A DNA stretch of 64,000 nucleotides from an uncultured Rhodospirillaceae bacterium (GTDB lineage: Bacteria > Pseudomonadota > Alphaproteobacteria > UBA2966). The stretch spans positions 1,133 through 65,132 of the forward strand of contig CAZGTM010000008.1 of NCBI GenBank assembly GCA_964528595.1, read 5' to 3'. Under the pieces are notes generated by a model, which did not search any database, had not been told where the DNA came from, and was given only the letters and a program-made list of their open reading frames with translations. Below, piece by piece: positions 48,717 through 57,232 of the stretch. Positions within the stretch are counted from its first letter, which is position 1. Every line of letters starts with the position of its first letter. Position numbers and translations under genes: made by a program.

Positions 48717-49712
48717 ATGACCAGCCTCGATCCCCGTCATCCGCTATTCGAGGACGGGCGGCGAGGTCTGTTTGCCTTGCGCTATCCCGAACTCTGGCTG
48801 GCCGGCGGAATGGTCATGGTCATGCTGGTGCTGGCTGGTGTCCTGGGCGCGCCCATCGTTTTTCCGGCGGGCACCAGCCTCAATTTTCTCGGACTGCACT
48901 ATTCGCTGCCGGTGGCGATGCCGTTGGCCTGGTTCGCGCTGGTTTTGTTCGCCCGGGCAATGGGATTTTCCGATCGCCGGGACGATGTCCCGTGGTCCCA
49001 AAGAATCCTGCGCTACCTTTCGTTCATCGTCAGCCTAAGCGTCGTGATCTGGTGTCACCTCAACATCAAGCTTTGGCTGCCACTCCTCAATCCGGCGTCG
49101 TTCGACGCAGCCTACCAGGCCAGCGACCTCTGGCTGGGGCCGCTGGTCGGGGGCATGACCTGGATCCGAGCCGAGGTGGCCGGGTACGTCCCAACGGTCG
49201 ATACATGGTACCTGTTTTTTTTCATCTTCCTGTTCTTCGCCTCGTTCGTCTATCACGCGGTGTTTGACGAAAAGAACCTGAGCCGTGTTTTTCTGGCAAT
49301 CCTGCTGATAGAGACCATCGGACCGTTTTGTTACCTCATCGCGCCGGCGGCCGGACCGTTCATCTATGAGCCCAGCGTCAACCAGGTGGCGCACATGAAC
49401 CAACAGGTGATGTGGCAGGCGCATCAGGACATCCGTAGCCTCGGGACCGCTTGGCTGGCCGAAAACGGCCGCTACTACCTGCCAGCCGGGCTGGCGGCGA
49501 TGCCGTCGTTGCATGCCGGCGCCCCGTGGATCTTCGTCCACTACCTATACAAGGCGCGTTCGACACTGCTGCCGATCAGCCTGCTGATGTTCGCTTGGAT
49601 CCTGATCGAGGCCGTCGTGGCCAAATGGCACTATGTGGTCGACCTGCCCGCTGGCATCGTCCTGGCGATCATCTGCATCTGGCTGTCGGAGCGGTTCCAC
49701 ACCGCCGAATAA
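48717..49712 (+). CDS. PAP2_C-type (sphingomyelin/IPC-synthase-like) integral membrane protein
   Basis: Multi-TM protein with the C-terminal motifs PSLHAGAPW and KWHYVVDLPAG. These resemble the SGHT and HYxxDV motifs of sphingomyelin-synthase/PAP2 phosphotransferases. Confidence 0.5.
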   Translation: MTSLDPRHPLFEDGRRGLFALRYPELWLAGGMVMVMLVLAGVLGAPIVFPAGTSLNFLGLHYSLPVAMPLAWFALVLFARAMGFSDRRDDVPWSQRILRYLSFIVSLSVVIWCHLNIKLWLPLLNPASFDAAYQASDLWLGPLVGGMTWIRAEVAGYVPTVDTWYLFFFIFLFFASFVYHAVFDEKNLSRVFLAILLIETIGPFCYLIAPAAGPFIYEPSVNQVAHMNQQVMWQAHQDIRSLGTAWLAENGRYYLPAGLAAMPSLHAGAPWIFVHYLYKARSTLLPISLLMFAWILIEAVVAKWHYVVDLPAGIVLAIICIWLSERFHTAE

Positions 49713-49714
49713 TC

Positions 49715-52042
49715 TCAAACGTCGGCAACATCAGGGGGTTGTGCCGGCACGGTAAAACTGATGGTCGTGCCCATGCCCTCCTTGCTGGCGGCGGATATAT
49801 TGCCGCCATGTTTTTCGACGAAATCCTTGCAAAGCAGCAGTCCGAGCCCGGATCCGGTTTCGCCGTCGGTGCCGGGGGTGGAGTGGTTGGCATCGATCCG
49901 GAACAATTGATCCAGGTGCTCGTTACTCATGCCGATGCCGGTATCGGTGACGGTGAAAGTGATTTGCCCGTTCTGTGATCGGCCGTGAGCGGCTTCGGCG
50001 CTTACGACGACGCCACCTCGGGGCGGCGTGAACTTAATCGCGTTGCTCACGAGATTTCGTATGACTGTGGTCATCATGTCGGGGTCCGCGACGAACTCTA
50101 TTTCGCCCGGCAGCAAATTCACCTTCACGCCTTTCAAATCGGCCACATCCCGGAGTCCATCCATTCCGGCGTCAAACAGGTCGCTGGTGGATAACGTCTC
50201 GGGATTGATCTTGACCGTGTTCATTTGCGACCGGCCCCAGGCCAAAAGGTCTTCGAGGAGCTGATAGAGTTTACGGCCGCTGGTGCTCACCGAATGCGCC
50301 ATATCCAGCATTTCCTCGCGGCTCATTTCCCCGCCCATGCGGTCGATCAAATCGGCATAGCCAATCATGACGTTGAACGGATTCTTCAGATCGTGGGCGA
50401 TGATCGAGAAGAATCTGCTTTTTTGCTGGTTGAGCAACAACAACTCGTCGCGTTGCCGAGCCAATTCCAGTTCCACCAGTTTGCGGTCCGTGATGTCGCG
50501 GCTTACGCCCATCAGCGTTTCCGGCTCGCCAAGTTCATCGCGGACCAGGATGGCGGCGGCATGGACATGTGCGATGCCGCCGTCGGCCCGAACAATCCTG
50601 TACTCGATATCGAACTCGTCGTCGTCGGAAAAGACGCGATCCAATGCTTCCCGGACGCGGCCGGCGTCTTCCGGATGCAGGCTGTCGAGAAAATCGGCCG
50701 CCGCCTCGCCGGTATAGGTCCCCGGCGCCAAACCCCAGATTTCGTGGTTACGGTCGTCCCAGTAGTGGCTGCCGTCCTTGATATTCCATGAAAAGGTGCC
50801 GATGCCGCTGGATTTCAGCGACAAACTCAGCCTTTCCTCGCTTTCCCTAAGTACCTGCTCGGCCTTTTTCAGTTGGGTAATATCGTGGATTTGGCCGAGG
50901 ATAAACTGCGGTGCGCCGTCGGAATCGCGAAGATGGGCGGAAAAGACCCTGGCCCAGATGACATCTCCATCCTTGTGGACGTAACGTTTCTCCAGCACGA
51001 AGTTGTCCAGCGATCCGGCCTCTGCCTTTTCATCGAGCGATTCGGTCGGGCCGACATCATCCGGGTGCGTGACATCGCGCCAGTTCATCTGCAGAAATTC
51101 CGGCTCCGAATATCCCAGGATATCGCAGAAGGTTTGATTGACCTTCAGATAGGAGCCGTCGACGCCGTGCAAGGCCATGCCGGCGGCGCTGGTCTCGAAG
51201 GCGCCGCGAAACTGTTCCTCGCTTTGCCGGAGTTCGATTTCCGCCCGACGGGCGCGTTCTTCCGTTTCGACTTGTTCGGTGACTTCCCGCCCCGTCCCCC
51301 GATAACCCTGGAACTCACCATTGTCGTCGTAAACCGGACGGCCACTGATCGACAGCCACACCGAACGCCCGTCTTCTAGGATGTATTCGTAACAAAAATC
51401 GCGGAACGGGTTACGGGCTTCCAGGCACGCCAAGTGCTCCTGCCAACTGTCGTCATCAGCATTGGCGGCAATTTCGTAACGGGTTTTACCGAAAGATTCC
51501 TTAGCGCCGCCTTCGGTAACGTTGAGCAGGCGTTCCGACAATTGCGTAAACCGGTGTTCCGCGTCGGTCTCCCAAACCCAGTCCGACGTCGACGCGGCGA
51601 AGTCCCGGAAACGTTCCTCGCTTTGTTGCAGGGCCTCGGCCGACTGCCTGCTCGTCGTGATGTCGGTGTAGGTAACGACCAGGCCGTCGTCCGGTGTTTG
51701 ATTGACTAGCGCTTCGTAGGTGTTTTCGCCCCGGACTGTTATTTCAGTACGCGACTGGGTTTGGTCCCAAATCAGGTCGAGTCTTTCCGCCGCCAGCTTC
51801 GCGGGGACTCCGTCCCCGAATTCACCTCTTTCGGCAAGGTACAAAGTCAGATCGATATTGGGCATGCCGAGCTTCAGGAACCCTTTGGGAAGCTGGAGGA
51901 TTTCTTCGTATTGATCGTTCCAAAGGACAAGGCGGCGGGCGCTGTCAAACATCGCCACACCTTGTGAGATGTGTTCCAGAACTACCGCCAGGAGGTCAGA
52001 TTTTTCCGTCAATCCCTTTGCTCCCGCGCCGTCCACGGGCAT
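49715..52042 (-). CDS. Multi-PAS sensor histidine kinase
   Basis: Several PAS/PAC units. HisKA (FFSIIAHDLKNP). HATPase_c (TVTDTGIGM...GSGLGLLLCKDFVEKHGG). Confidence 0.9.
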   Translation of the reverse strand: MPVDGAGAKGLTEKSDLLAVVLEHISQGVAMFDSARRLVLWNDQYEEILQLPKGFLKLGMPNIDLTLYLAERGEFGDGVPAKLAAERLDLIWDQTQSRTEITVRGENTYEALVNQTPDDGLVVTYTDITTSRQSAEALQQSEERFRDFAASTSDWVWETDAEHRFTQLSERLLNVTEGGAKESFGKTRYEIAANADDDSWQEHLACLEARNPFRDFCYEYILEDGRSVWLSISGRPVYDDNGEFQGYRGTGREVTEQVETEERARRAEIELRQSEEQFRGAFETSAAGMALHGVDGSYLKVNQTFCDILGYSEPEFLQMNWRDVTHPDDVGPTESLDEKAEAGSLDNFVLEKRYVHKDGDVIWARVFSAHLRDSDGAPQFILGQIHDITQLKKAEQVLRESEERLSLSLKSSGIGTFSWNIKDGSHYWDDRNHEIWGLAPGTYTGEAAADFLDSLHPEDAGRVREALDRVFSDDDEFDIEYRIVRADGGIAHVHAAAILVRDELGEPETLMGVSRDITDRKLVELELARQRDELLLLNQQKSRFFSIIAHDLKNPFNVMIGYADLIDRMGGEMSREEMLDMAHSVSTSGRKLYQLLEDLLAWGRSQMNTVKINPETLSTSDLFDAGMDGLRDVADLKGVKVNLLPGEIEFVADPDMMTTVIRNLVSNAIKFTPPRGGVVVSAEAAHGRSQNGQITFTVTDTGIGMSNEHLDQLFRIDANHSTPGTDGETGSGLGLLLCKDFVEKHGGNISAASKEGMGTTISFTVPAQPPDVADV

Positions 52043-52177
52043 TTTCGCCCATTTCCCGGGTCCGTGGCGAGTCCGATTACGCTTCGGTGATCAAGGCCTC
52101 TTGCCAACGCTTCATACATTAAGAGTAAGATAGTTCAATCAGTTCGTTTAAGTATTTCTCGCGAACAACACAGGGGG

Positions 52178-53308
52178 GTGTCGGTTGTGACAACTGTGCT
52201 AACGGAATCCGGGCCGGTGGACGTGACGGCGGGCCCGGGCGGCGTTGACCAGCTTTGGCTGTCGACGCAGGAGACGGAAGCCGTATCCGGCTGGAGCCTG
52301 AAACCGGAAGGCTTGTGCCGAGGCGACGTTTGCATGCCCGTGCCGGGTGGCCAGGCGGACGAATACGTCCGCGACGATGTCATAAATCTGGCGGCGTTCT
52401 GGCGGCGTATGGACAAGCCTTTGGCCCACAGCCGCAACGGCGAGGTTTGGGCCTTTGGTGAAAGCGCAGGCGATCGGACGGCGACATTGAGATCGCTGGA
52501 TGCGCCGGAGTTTACGTTGCCCGACTTGGACGGCAAGGCTCACAGCCTGTCGGATTATCGCGGCAAGAAGGTTTTCTTAGCGACCTGGGCATCCTGGTGA
52601 GGCTGTCGTGCTGATCTGTCCGTGTGGCAGAAAATTTACGACGATTATCGGGACCGGGACTTCATTTGCATCGCCGTGGCGATGGACAACGATGTTGAGG
52701 CGGCACGCCCCTGGATCGAGGAGGCCAACCCGACCTATCCGGTGCTGATCGATCGCTTTCACCGGCTGGCCGATCTTTACAACATGGTCAACGTGCCGCA
52801 GGCGGTGTGGATCGACGCTGCCGGCAGGATCGTGCGGCCGACCGAAAATGCCGGTGCGTTCGAAGGCTTCCGAGCGTTCGACTTCGAGACCATGACGATG
52901 CCGGACGAGGTCACTGCCACGGTCAAAGGTGCCAAGGCGACCTACGCTGCCGCGGTAGCGGATTGGGCCGAAAAAGGCGCCGACAGCGTTCACGTTTTCG
53001 CGCCGGAGGAGGCCGAGGCCCATCTGGAGGCGCCGAACGAGGATGTCGCCCGAGCGCACGTTTTGTTTCGCCTGGGATTGCACCTAGGTCAGCTTGGCCA
53101 CCAAGATGAGGCCGACGAAGTTTTGGCCCTGGCCAGTGAGCTGCATCCCGACTCCTGGACGATCTGGCGCCAGACCGCCGAAAAACTCGAGAACGGGTTG
53201 GCGGCGGGGCCGGCATTCTGGCAACGCGTTCAGGCCCTGGGTGAACGGCACTACTATCGGCCGGTCGACATGGCCGGCATGCCAAGAGAAGGACCGCCGA
53301 CGCGTTGA
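52178..53308 (+). CDS. Candidate selenoprotein: redoxin (TlpA/AhpC-TSA family thiol-disulfide oxidoreductase) with in-frame TGA (Sec) at 52598-52600, plus N- and C-terminal extensions
   Basis: ORFs 52178..52600 and 52622..53308 share one frame and are separated only by a TGA. Read through, the product is ...LDAPEFTLPDLDGKAHSLSDYRGKKVFLATWASW-U-GCRADLSVWQKIYDDYRDRDFICIAVAMDNDVEAARPWIEEANPTYPVLID... This matches the TlpA/redoxin pattern APxFxLxDLxGKxxxLxDxxGKxVxLxFWASWCxPC with Sec in place of the first Cys. The start is uncertain (GTG 52178 or 52187). Confidence 0.55.
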
Positions 53309-53327
53309 CCCGGGCCGCTTGCTTCAG

Positions 53328-54230
53328 CTACGCCAGGCGGTACGCACTTTCAAGCGCGGGCGGTCCGTCGCACCTGGCGCGGCCGGTTTCGACCATATGG
53401 ACGAGGTGTGCGTGGACGGAGCGTTGGGCTGCCGGGTGCAGAAACGCCGGCACATCGGCGTACATCACCTCAACCATATTGGCGATCGTGGCTTGATCGT
53501 TTTCAAGGCAAGCCAGTATCTGGGCTTCGCGTTCCTCGCGATGGGCGATGTAGGCTTCGACGAACGGTTTGGGCGCAGTGATGGCCGGCCCATGGCAGGG
53601 GCGGTAAATCTTGTCGTCCCGCTTCAAGAGCAGCCTGAGGCTCCGCATGTAAGCCTGCATGTCGCCGTCGGGCGGGACGATCACCGTGGTCGACCAACCC
53701 ATCACATGGTCGCCGGTGAACAGCGTCTTTTCTTCCCGCAGGGCGAAGCACAGGTGGTTGGAGGTATGGCCCGGCGTATGCACCGCCTCAAACGACCATG
53801 CGTCTCCCTCGACGATATCTCCGTGGCGCAAGGTGTGGTCCGGGCTGAAATCGTGATCCGCCCCTTCCTCGATCTGACCTCCCGATTCCGGACGGCCCGA
53901 GCCATGCGGCCCGAAGCCATAGGTCGGCGCGCCCGTCTTTTTCTTCAAGAGGCGGGCGGCGGGGGAATGATCACGATGGGTGTGCGTGACCAGAATATGA
54001 CTGACCCTGACGCTATCGAGCGCCGTCAGCAGGGCATCGACGTGGGTTGCCAAATCGGGACCGGGATCGATGACCGCCACATCCCGCCCGCCGACGATGA
54101 ACGTGCCGGTCCCGTTGTAGGTGAACGGACCGGGATTTTCGGCGATGACTCGCCGGACCAGCGGCGAAAGGGGTTGGGACGCGCCGTAATCGACGTCATC
54201 CTCCCGAACGAAGGGGATTTCGGCACTCAT
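53328..54230 (-). CDS. MBL-fold metallo-hydrolase
   Basis: The HxHxDH motif (VTHTHRDH) and the downstream HTPGHTSNH. Start at the internal Met 54230. Confidence 0.85.
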   Translation of the reverse strand: MSAEIPFVREDDVDYGASQPLSPLVRRVIAENPGPFTYNGTGTFIVGGRDVAVIDPGPDLATHVDALLTALDSVRVSHILVTHTHRDHSPAARLLKKKTGAPTYGFGPHGSGRPESGGQIEEGADHDFSPDHTLRHGDIVEGDAWSFEAVHTPGHTSNHLCFALREEKTLFTGDHVMGWSTTVIVPPDGDMQAYMRSLRLLLKRDDKIYRPCHGPAITAPKPFVEAYIAHREEREAQILACLENDQATIANMVEVMYADVPAFLHPAAQRSVHAHLVHMVETGRARCDGPPALESAYRLA

Positions 54231-54514
54231 GGAACGGATTGTTTCTCCGAAAATTGACCGCGACCAGGATCCCCATACTAGCGGCATACGGCACCGCGTC
54301 GCACGCGTTTCCGGCACCGTCAAAAAATTGAATTGATCACCGTTCCAATCGCCGTTTCAACGCAGACTTGCAATTGACGGAACTGATGTGGTCTATTCGG
54401 CGCGCGCGGGGCGAGACCAACCAATACAGGTGGACGGTAAAACGTTGGTATTGGGGCGTCATGTCGGGGACAGCCACCTCCACTCACTTGGGTGGCATCC
54501 CATGAAGGTGAAGA

Positions 54515-57181
54515 ATGTCGAGCCCTGCGGGTAGTGGTACATTTGGGGGTAGAGAGGCCGGGGAGGAGCTCGATTCAGAGCCCTTGACCCAAGCGGTCAG
54601 TGATTTCCCGGTCGCCGTGGTGATCCATGTCGGCGGCGTCATCCGCTATGCCAATCTCGCGGCGGCGCGACTGCACGGGATGGAGAGACCGTTTTCCCTT
54701 ATCGGCTGCCAGGCACGCGAATTCGTTCACCCCGACGATTTGAACCAAGCGTTGGAACGTGGCAGGCAGGTGCGCCAGACGGGCATCGCAGCGCCGCCCT
54801 TGGACCTTCGGCTACGGCGCCAGGATGGCCGGTACGTGCCGGTCCAGTCCCACATCTCGCTCACGCATTTCAAAGGCGAAGCTGCCGTTTTGGCGGTTTA
54901 CAGCGATATCTCCGAAAAAAAGGAGGCCGAAGAGGCGCTCCGTCAAAGCGAGGCAAATCTGCGCTACGCTATGGACGCCACCCAGGAAGCGCTCTACGTC
55001 CACCACGACGGAAAGATACTCGGTTTTAATGATCGCCTGCTCGACATGTTTGGTTACGACGCGGAGGAGATAAGCAAAAAAAACGTGATGGAATTCGTTG
55101 CGCCGAGGTATTTGGAGAAGGTCCAAAGGCAACTGAACATCCCGGGCGACGGATTTTACGAATCCGCGATGCTGCACAAAGACGGGCGTGAAATTCCCGT
55201 CGAGGTATCGGTCAAAATCAGAGAAGAAGACGACCGGGCCCTAAGATACGTCGCGGTCCGGGACATCTCAGAGCGTTTCCGGGCGGAACAAAAACTTCGC
55301 GAACGCGAGCGTATGTTGTCGGAAGCTCAGCGCATCGGACGCATCGGTCACTGGCGGATGATGGCCGATCTAAACAAGGTGGAATGGTCGGATCAGATGT
55401 ACGCTATTTACGGCATGGATCCCGAAAATTTCGATATGTCATTTAACGGCGTCTCATCCCGGGTTGATCCCGAGGGCCTCAAGAAAGCGCTTGAGGACCG
55501 GCAGGCCGCCATCACCTCGGGCGAGCCCTACACGTTTCAGTATGGCTTCACCACGCCCTCGGGCGAGAGAAAAGTGATCCGGGGCGAGGGCAGGCCCGAG
55601 TATGACGAAACGGGAAAGTTACATTCGATCTTCGGCGTTTCGCAGGATGTGACCGAGCGAGTACAAGCGGAGATCGAACTCAGCGAAAGCGAGGAGAGGT
55701 TCAGAACGCTTCTGGAGGCCGCTCCAATTCCCCTCGTGATCTCGGTGGAGGGGAAATTTGTTTACGCCAACACGCCGGCCCACGAACTCTTGGCGGTTCC
55801 TGACGGCGAACTGCTTGGCCGGGCGCCGGAAGATTTCTACGTCGACAAAGCGCTTTGTGAACGCGCCTTCGAAATGGTTCGGATGGATGGTCAGATCGCA
55901 AATCTCGATGTCGAGATGCACCGGACAGATGGCGTCCTAATTGGAACCTCCATCAACTCCAAGCGCGTGCGTTACGCGGGCCATGAGGCCGTGTTTACCG
56001 GCATCGTCGACCTTTCCGATTTGCGCACCGCCCAGGCCCAGCTTCACCAGGCGCAGAAAATGGAGGCGGTCGGTCAGCTGACCGGCGGAATCGCCCACGA
56101 CTTCAATAATCTGTTGGCCGTCATCCTCGGCAATGCTGAGATGGTCGTGGAGGATGTGGGCGAGGGCGTCGTGCCGCCCGTCGAAATCGCAAATTCGATT
56201 GTTACGGCGGCGGAACGCGGTGCCGGTCTCACCGACCAACTCCTCGCGTTTTCACGCAAACAGACTTTGGCGCCCGAAGCCATCAAACTCAACGATCAGG
56301 TCGAGCAGCTGGTTGAATTGTTGCGCCGGACCTTGGGTGCGACGATCGAGGTGAAGATATCCGGCGAGGTCCGGTTGTGGACGGCACTGGCCGATCCCGG
56401 CCAATTTCACAACGCGCTGTTGAACATGGCGGTCAATGCGCGTGACGCCATGCCGGACGGCGGCAACCTTCTGATCGAAACCAGGAATGTCCATGTCGAC
56501 GGGTCGTCGGCGGCCGGCCAGGCGGGATGCCCCGTGGGGGACTACGTATTGCTGGCGGTTTCGGACACCGGCAGCGGCATGCCGCAGGAGGTGGTGGAGC
56601 GCGTATTCGAGCCTTTCTTCACGACAAAGGATCCGGGAAAGGGCACCGGCCTTGGACTAAGCATGGTGTTCGGCTTCGCCAAGCAATCTGAAGGGCATGT
56701 CGAGGTGGACAGCGAAGTAGGTGAGGGTACGACCATTAATTTGTACCTCCCGCGCGCTACATCGGGGGAGAAATTTGGACCAGAGGACCGGGAGCCGGTA
56801 ATCCGGTCGGATAAAGGTGAACTTATTCTGGTGCTTGAAGACAGCGCGGAGGTGCGGGATTTGGTAACGGCGCATTTGCGTTCGCTTGGCTACCGGGTGT
56901 TGGAGGCTGGGAGCGGAGACGAAGCGTTGCAGTGCCTTGCCGAGGATCGAAAAGTGGATTTGCTGCTTTCGGATGTGATCCTGCCCGGCGGTATGACGGG
57001 CCCCGATGTCGCCCGTTCCGCCTTGGACCGGAACCCGGCCCTGAAGATTATATATATGTCCGGATACACGGATGATGTCGTGCTGGATAACGGGAAATTG
57101 GACGGCGATTACGTCCTTTTGCAAAAACCCTTCCGTAAACAGGATCTGGCCGAAACGGTAAGCCGGATCTTGACGATCTGA
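54515..57181 (+). CDS. Hybrid sensor histidine kinase/response regulator with multiple PAS domains
   Basis: Several PAS/PAC units. HisKA (GGIAHDFNNLL). HATPase_c (DTGSGMP...GTGLGLSMV). C-terminal receiver (ILVLEDSAEVRD...DLLLSDVILPGGMTG). Confidence 0.9.
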   Translation: MSSPAGSGTFGGREAGEELDSEPLTQAVSDFPVAVVIHVGGVIRYANLAAARLHGMERPFSLIGCQAREFVHPDDLNQALERGRQVRQTGIAAPPLDLRLRRQDGRYVPVQSHISLTHFKGEAAVLAVYSDISEKKEAEEALRQSEANLRYAMDATQEALYVHHDGKILGFNDRLLDMFGYDAEEISKKNVMEFVAPRYLEKVQRQLNIPGDGFYESAMLHKDGREIPVEVSVKIREEDDRALRYVAVRDISERFRAEQKLRERERMLSEAQRIGRIGHWRMMADLNKVEWSDQMYAIYGMDPENFDMSFNGVSSRVDPEGLKKALEDRQAAITSGEPYTFQYGFTTPSGERKVIRGEGRPEYDETGKLHSIFGVSQDVTERVQAEIELSESEERFRTLLEAAPIPLVISVEGKFVYANTPAHELLAVPDGELLGRAPEDFYVDKALCERAFEMVRMDGQIANLDVEMHRTDGVLIGTSINSKRVRYAGHEAVFTGIVDLSDLRTAQAQLHQAQKMEAVGQLTGGIAHDFNNLLAVILGNAEMVVEDVGEGVVPPVEIANSIVTAAERGAGLTDQLLAFSRKQTLAPEAIKLNDQVEQLVELLRRTLGATIEVKISGEVRLWTALADPGQFHNALLNMAVNARDAMPDGGNLLIETRNVHVDGSSAAGQAGCPVGDYVLLAVSDTGSGMPQEVVERVFEPFFTTKDPGKGTGLGLSMVFGFAKQSEGHVEVDSEVGEGTTINLYLPRATSGEKFGPEDREPVIRSDKGELILVLEDSAEVRDLVTAHLRSLGYRVLEAGSGDEALQCLAEDRKVDLLLSDVILPGGMTGPDVARSALDRNPALKIIYMSGYTDDVVLDNGKLDGDYVLLQKPFRKQDLAETVSRILTI

Positions 57182-57232
57182 CATATGAATGATGGTCGAT
57201 ATCAATTACCGGCCCGTCAGGGGCGCCATTAG

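Noticed and set aside
47097-48740. 547-aa antisense ORF overlapping the whole acyl-CoA synthetase gene
   Set aside because: Although as long as the sense gene, it has no recognisable motifs. The plus-strand frame carries the AMP-binding signature [10 protein letters not shown] and the full adenylate-forming-enzyme architecture. Long antisense ORFs are expected by chance at this GC content.
18993-52600. Alternative explanation that the three TGA-interrupted Trx-fold genes are pseudogenes or sequencing errors
   Set aside because: Not accepted as the primary explanation. All three stops are TGA. All three fall on the catalytic-Cys codon, which is the single most conserved residue, and in each case the downstream frame stays open and conserved to a normal C-terminus. 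Independent decay would scatter stops and frameshifts. It remains a formal possibility for the third gene, where U-x-C spacing is one residue shorter than canonical; I flag this in the finding.
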